From: Adineta vaga
Lineage: Eukaryota; Animalia; Rotifera
Assembly: GCA_021613535.1 (NCBI GenBank)
Contig: CP075494.1
Coordinates: forward strand, 4,216,001 to 4,280,000
Direction: 5' to 3'
DNA: 64,000 nt
Position numbers and translations under genes: made by a program. Shown here piece by piece: positions 62,228-64,000 of the stretch; positions within the stretch are counted from its first letter, which is position 1; every line of letters starts with the position of its first letter. Under the pieces are notes generated by a model. It was not told the origin of the DNA and searched no databases. It saw only the letters and a program-made list of their open reading frames with translations.

Positions 62228-62888
62228 CTATAGGGAAAAACGACCGCATAAGTTTTAAAAAAATGAAAGTGTATGTATAATTCTAAGTAATGTGATATAA
62301 TCGATTTCCTCCATGCTTTGTATTCAATTCCATGTAAAAAAGAACTAATGGAGAATATGATTAAAATCGATTTTTTTCGAGAAAATCAATAAAATCTGTC
62401 TTGATATGTCATTTTGCGATTAAATTTGATCCATTAATTGATTTTAACGGATTTTTCAAGTTTTAATTCATTATAACACCGAAAATAAATCAGTTTCAAT
62501 AGATTTTTTGTCTTTAATCTGTTAAGATCGATTTTAATAACGCTCTAGAAAAACTATTTTCTTGCGTTCTCAACCATCTGCCAGATTTCTCGACCTTTTT
62601 TTCGTAATCCTCTCACCGACAAATAGTAGGTACGGTAGCAGAGCAATCTGTTTCCCCTTGTCATACTTCGACCGATACCGATACTATCGTTTGATATTCA
62701 TCCACACATGAAAAAATACTACTGATCTTGATTTAAGTCGATTTTTTTCTGACGAAGAATCTGATTATCGCCTGATGAAAATCGTACCATTTATTTTTAC
62801 ATGGGAATGTGACTTTTATTGAATGAAGAAAAAAAATTTATTACCCTCATTAATGGCGGATCTGAGCTGTGTCTTACTTACCTATAGT
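62228..62888. mobile_element. Possible MITE with imperfect terminal inverted repeats
   Basis: ACTATAGGGAAAAACGAC at the left end versus the reverse complement ACTATAGGTAAGTAAGAC at the right end (14/18 identical); non-coding interior. Confidence 0.3.
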
Positions 62889-63240
62889 AATCATGAAAAA
62901 GTTTTCTGTTTTCAAAAACATTTTTTTAATAAGATCATAAGACACAACAAAGAATAGGATATTATCCAAAGTAATCTACTCGAATTACATAAGGGAAAAA
63001 ATCCATTTCTATTGCAGACATTGAAGTTTAATGTTTTTAATCATTATTTGATCGAAAGAGGATTAACAGATGTTTATAGCATATTATGTTCCTCATTTCA
63101 AGTAATTTTGTCTCTATATACTTAGGGATTTTTCACACAAAAATAAATATTTTATTACAAACCTGGGAGATTTTTGTTCTAATGGTATATAAAACCAATG
63201 GAGTGAAGAAATAAAAGCAGTTCTTTTCATTTATCCTCAA

Positions 63241-64000
63241 ATGTCGAATTCAACTACACAAGATTTAATTGTTGATGGAGCAGAATTAAGCCATCCAATA
63301 ACCATCAAACGTGGTAAAACATCACGCATACATCAAGTTGTTGCATATCCAACGCAGTTAACAAGAAAGACAACAAATGGTTTTGCTGATGGAACAACAA
63401 CACCCGATGAAAAAACTGTAAAAAAATGTCGATGGCACACTGCCGGTATCATTCGATTTCATCTGAATCCTGAAACGAATAAAATCTATGAAGCACGACC
63501 AAGTTTACATGAATTAGAAATAACACTTGAATGTCTTCTCGACGAGTCTCATAAAGAACAATTAGCTAAACGAGCTGAACAAATCTATGGTTTAGAATTT
63601 ACAGCTGATAATTTTGTTATTTGTCCATTTCAAACATTTATGGCACAATTAACAGTTCCTATGGATGGAATTCCGAAAACATATTATGGTGTTCTTGTTG
63701 ATAATAAAGAATTACATCCAATGAGAATTATTTTTGACATCAAAGATCCAAATGAAATCAGCGAAATTGCTTCAAAACTTGATCATCCACGTGATCATGA
63801 TATTGTCTTACGTTATGATTATAGTTTAAGTGGTACATCAACAGCTCGTGCAGCGTTAACAATCAGTGCTGAAGATATCAACAAAATCGATTTAGAAAAA
63901 CAAGTTTTTGGAAAGAGTGAAGCTGATAGTATGGTAGTAAGTCGATCAGTAATGGATAAAATTACAGCAAGTATCAGTACTCAATTGAGAGTTGTAGAAG
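63241..64000 (+). CDS. 5' part of an unknown protein running off the window end
   Basis: Open frame of about 253 codons from ATG 63241: MSNSTTQDLIVDGAELSHP...YDYSLSGTSTARAALTISAEDINKIDLEKQVFGK... Confidence 0.7.
   Translation, partial: MSNSTTQDLIVDGAELSHPITIKRGKTSRIHQVVAYPTQLTRKTTNGFADGTTTPDEKTVKKCRWHTAGIIRFHLNPETNKIYEARPSLHELEITLECLLDESHKEQLAKRAEQIYGLEFTADNFVICPFQTFMAQLTVPMDGIPKTYYGVLVDNKELHPMRIIFDIKDPNEISEIASKLDHPRDHDIVLRYDYSLSGTSTARAALTISAEDINKIDLEKQVFGKSEADSMVVSRSVMDKITASISTQLRVVE

Noticed and set aside
1-64000. Bacterial contig or operon interpretation of the microbial-type genes
   Set aside because: Spliceosomal introns occur in the PARG, SDR and RNA ligase genes, which are interleaved with GPCRs, F-box genes and a eukaryotic SECIS.

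Overview
AT-rich eukaryotic DNA with short GT-AG introns (about 45-180 nt). The gene content (F-box/LRR proteins, ART-TPR, intronless orphan GPCRs, FG-GAP arrays, many microbial-type enzymes) most resembles a bdelloid rotifer, which is an inference. About 25 intact-looking genes and several pseudogenes are present. Highlights: (1) an iodothyronine-deiodinase-like selenoprotein missed by the ORF track because of an in-frame UGA, with a textbook type II SECIS, lying about 250 nt upstream of a same-strand SLC5 symporter of the NIS/SMCT clade; (2) a full-length, intron-containing homologue of phage T4 RNA ligase 1; (3) a set of NAD+/ADP-ribosylation genes: WWE-ART, WWE-non-RD kinase, TPR-ART with a deleted catalytic strand, ankyrin-ART, bacterial-type PARG and a frameshifted NAPRT; (4) a dispersed family of tiny hairpins with telomere-like GGGTGT arms; (5) several candidate horizontally acquired genes and a cationic knottin peptide. 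All family calls come from reading motifs by eye; no searches were run.
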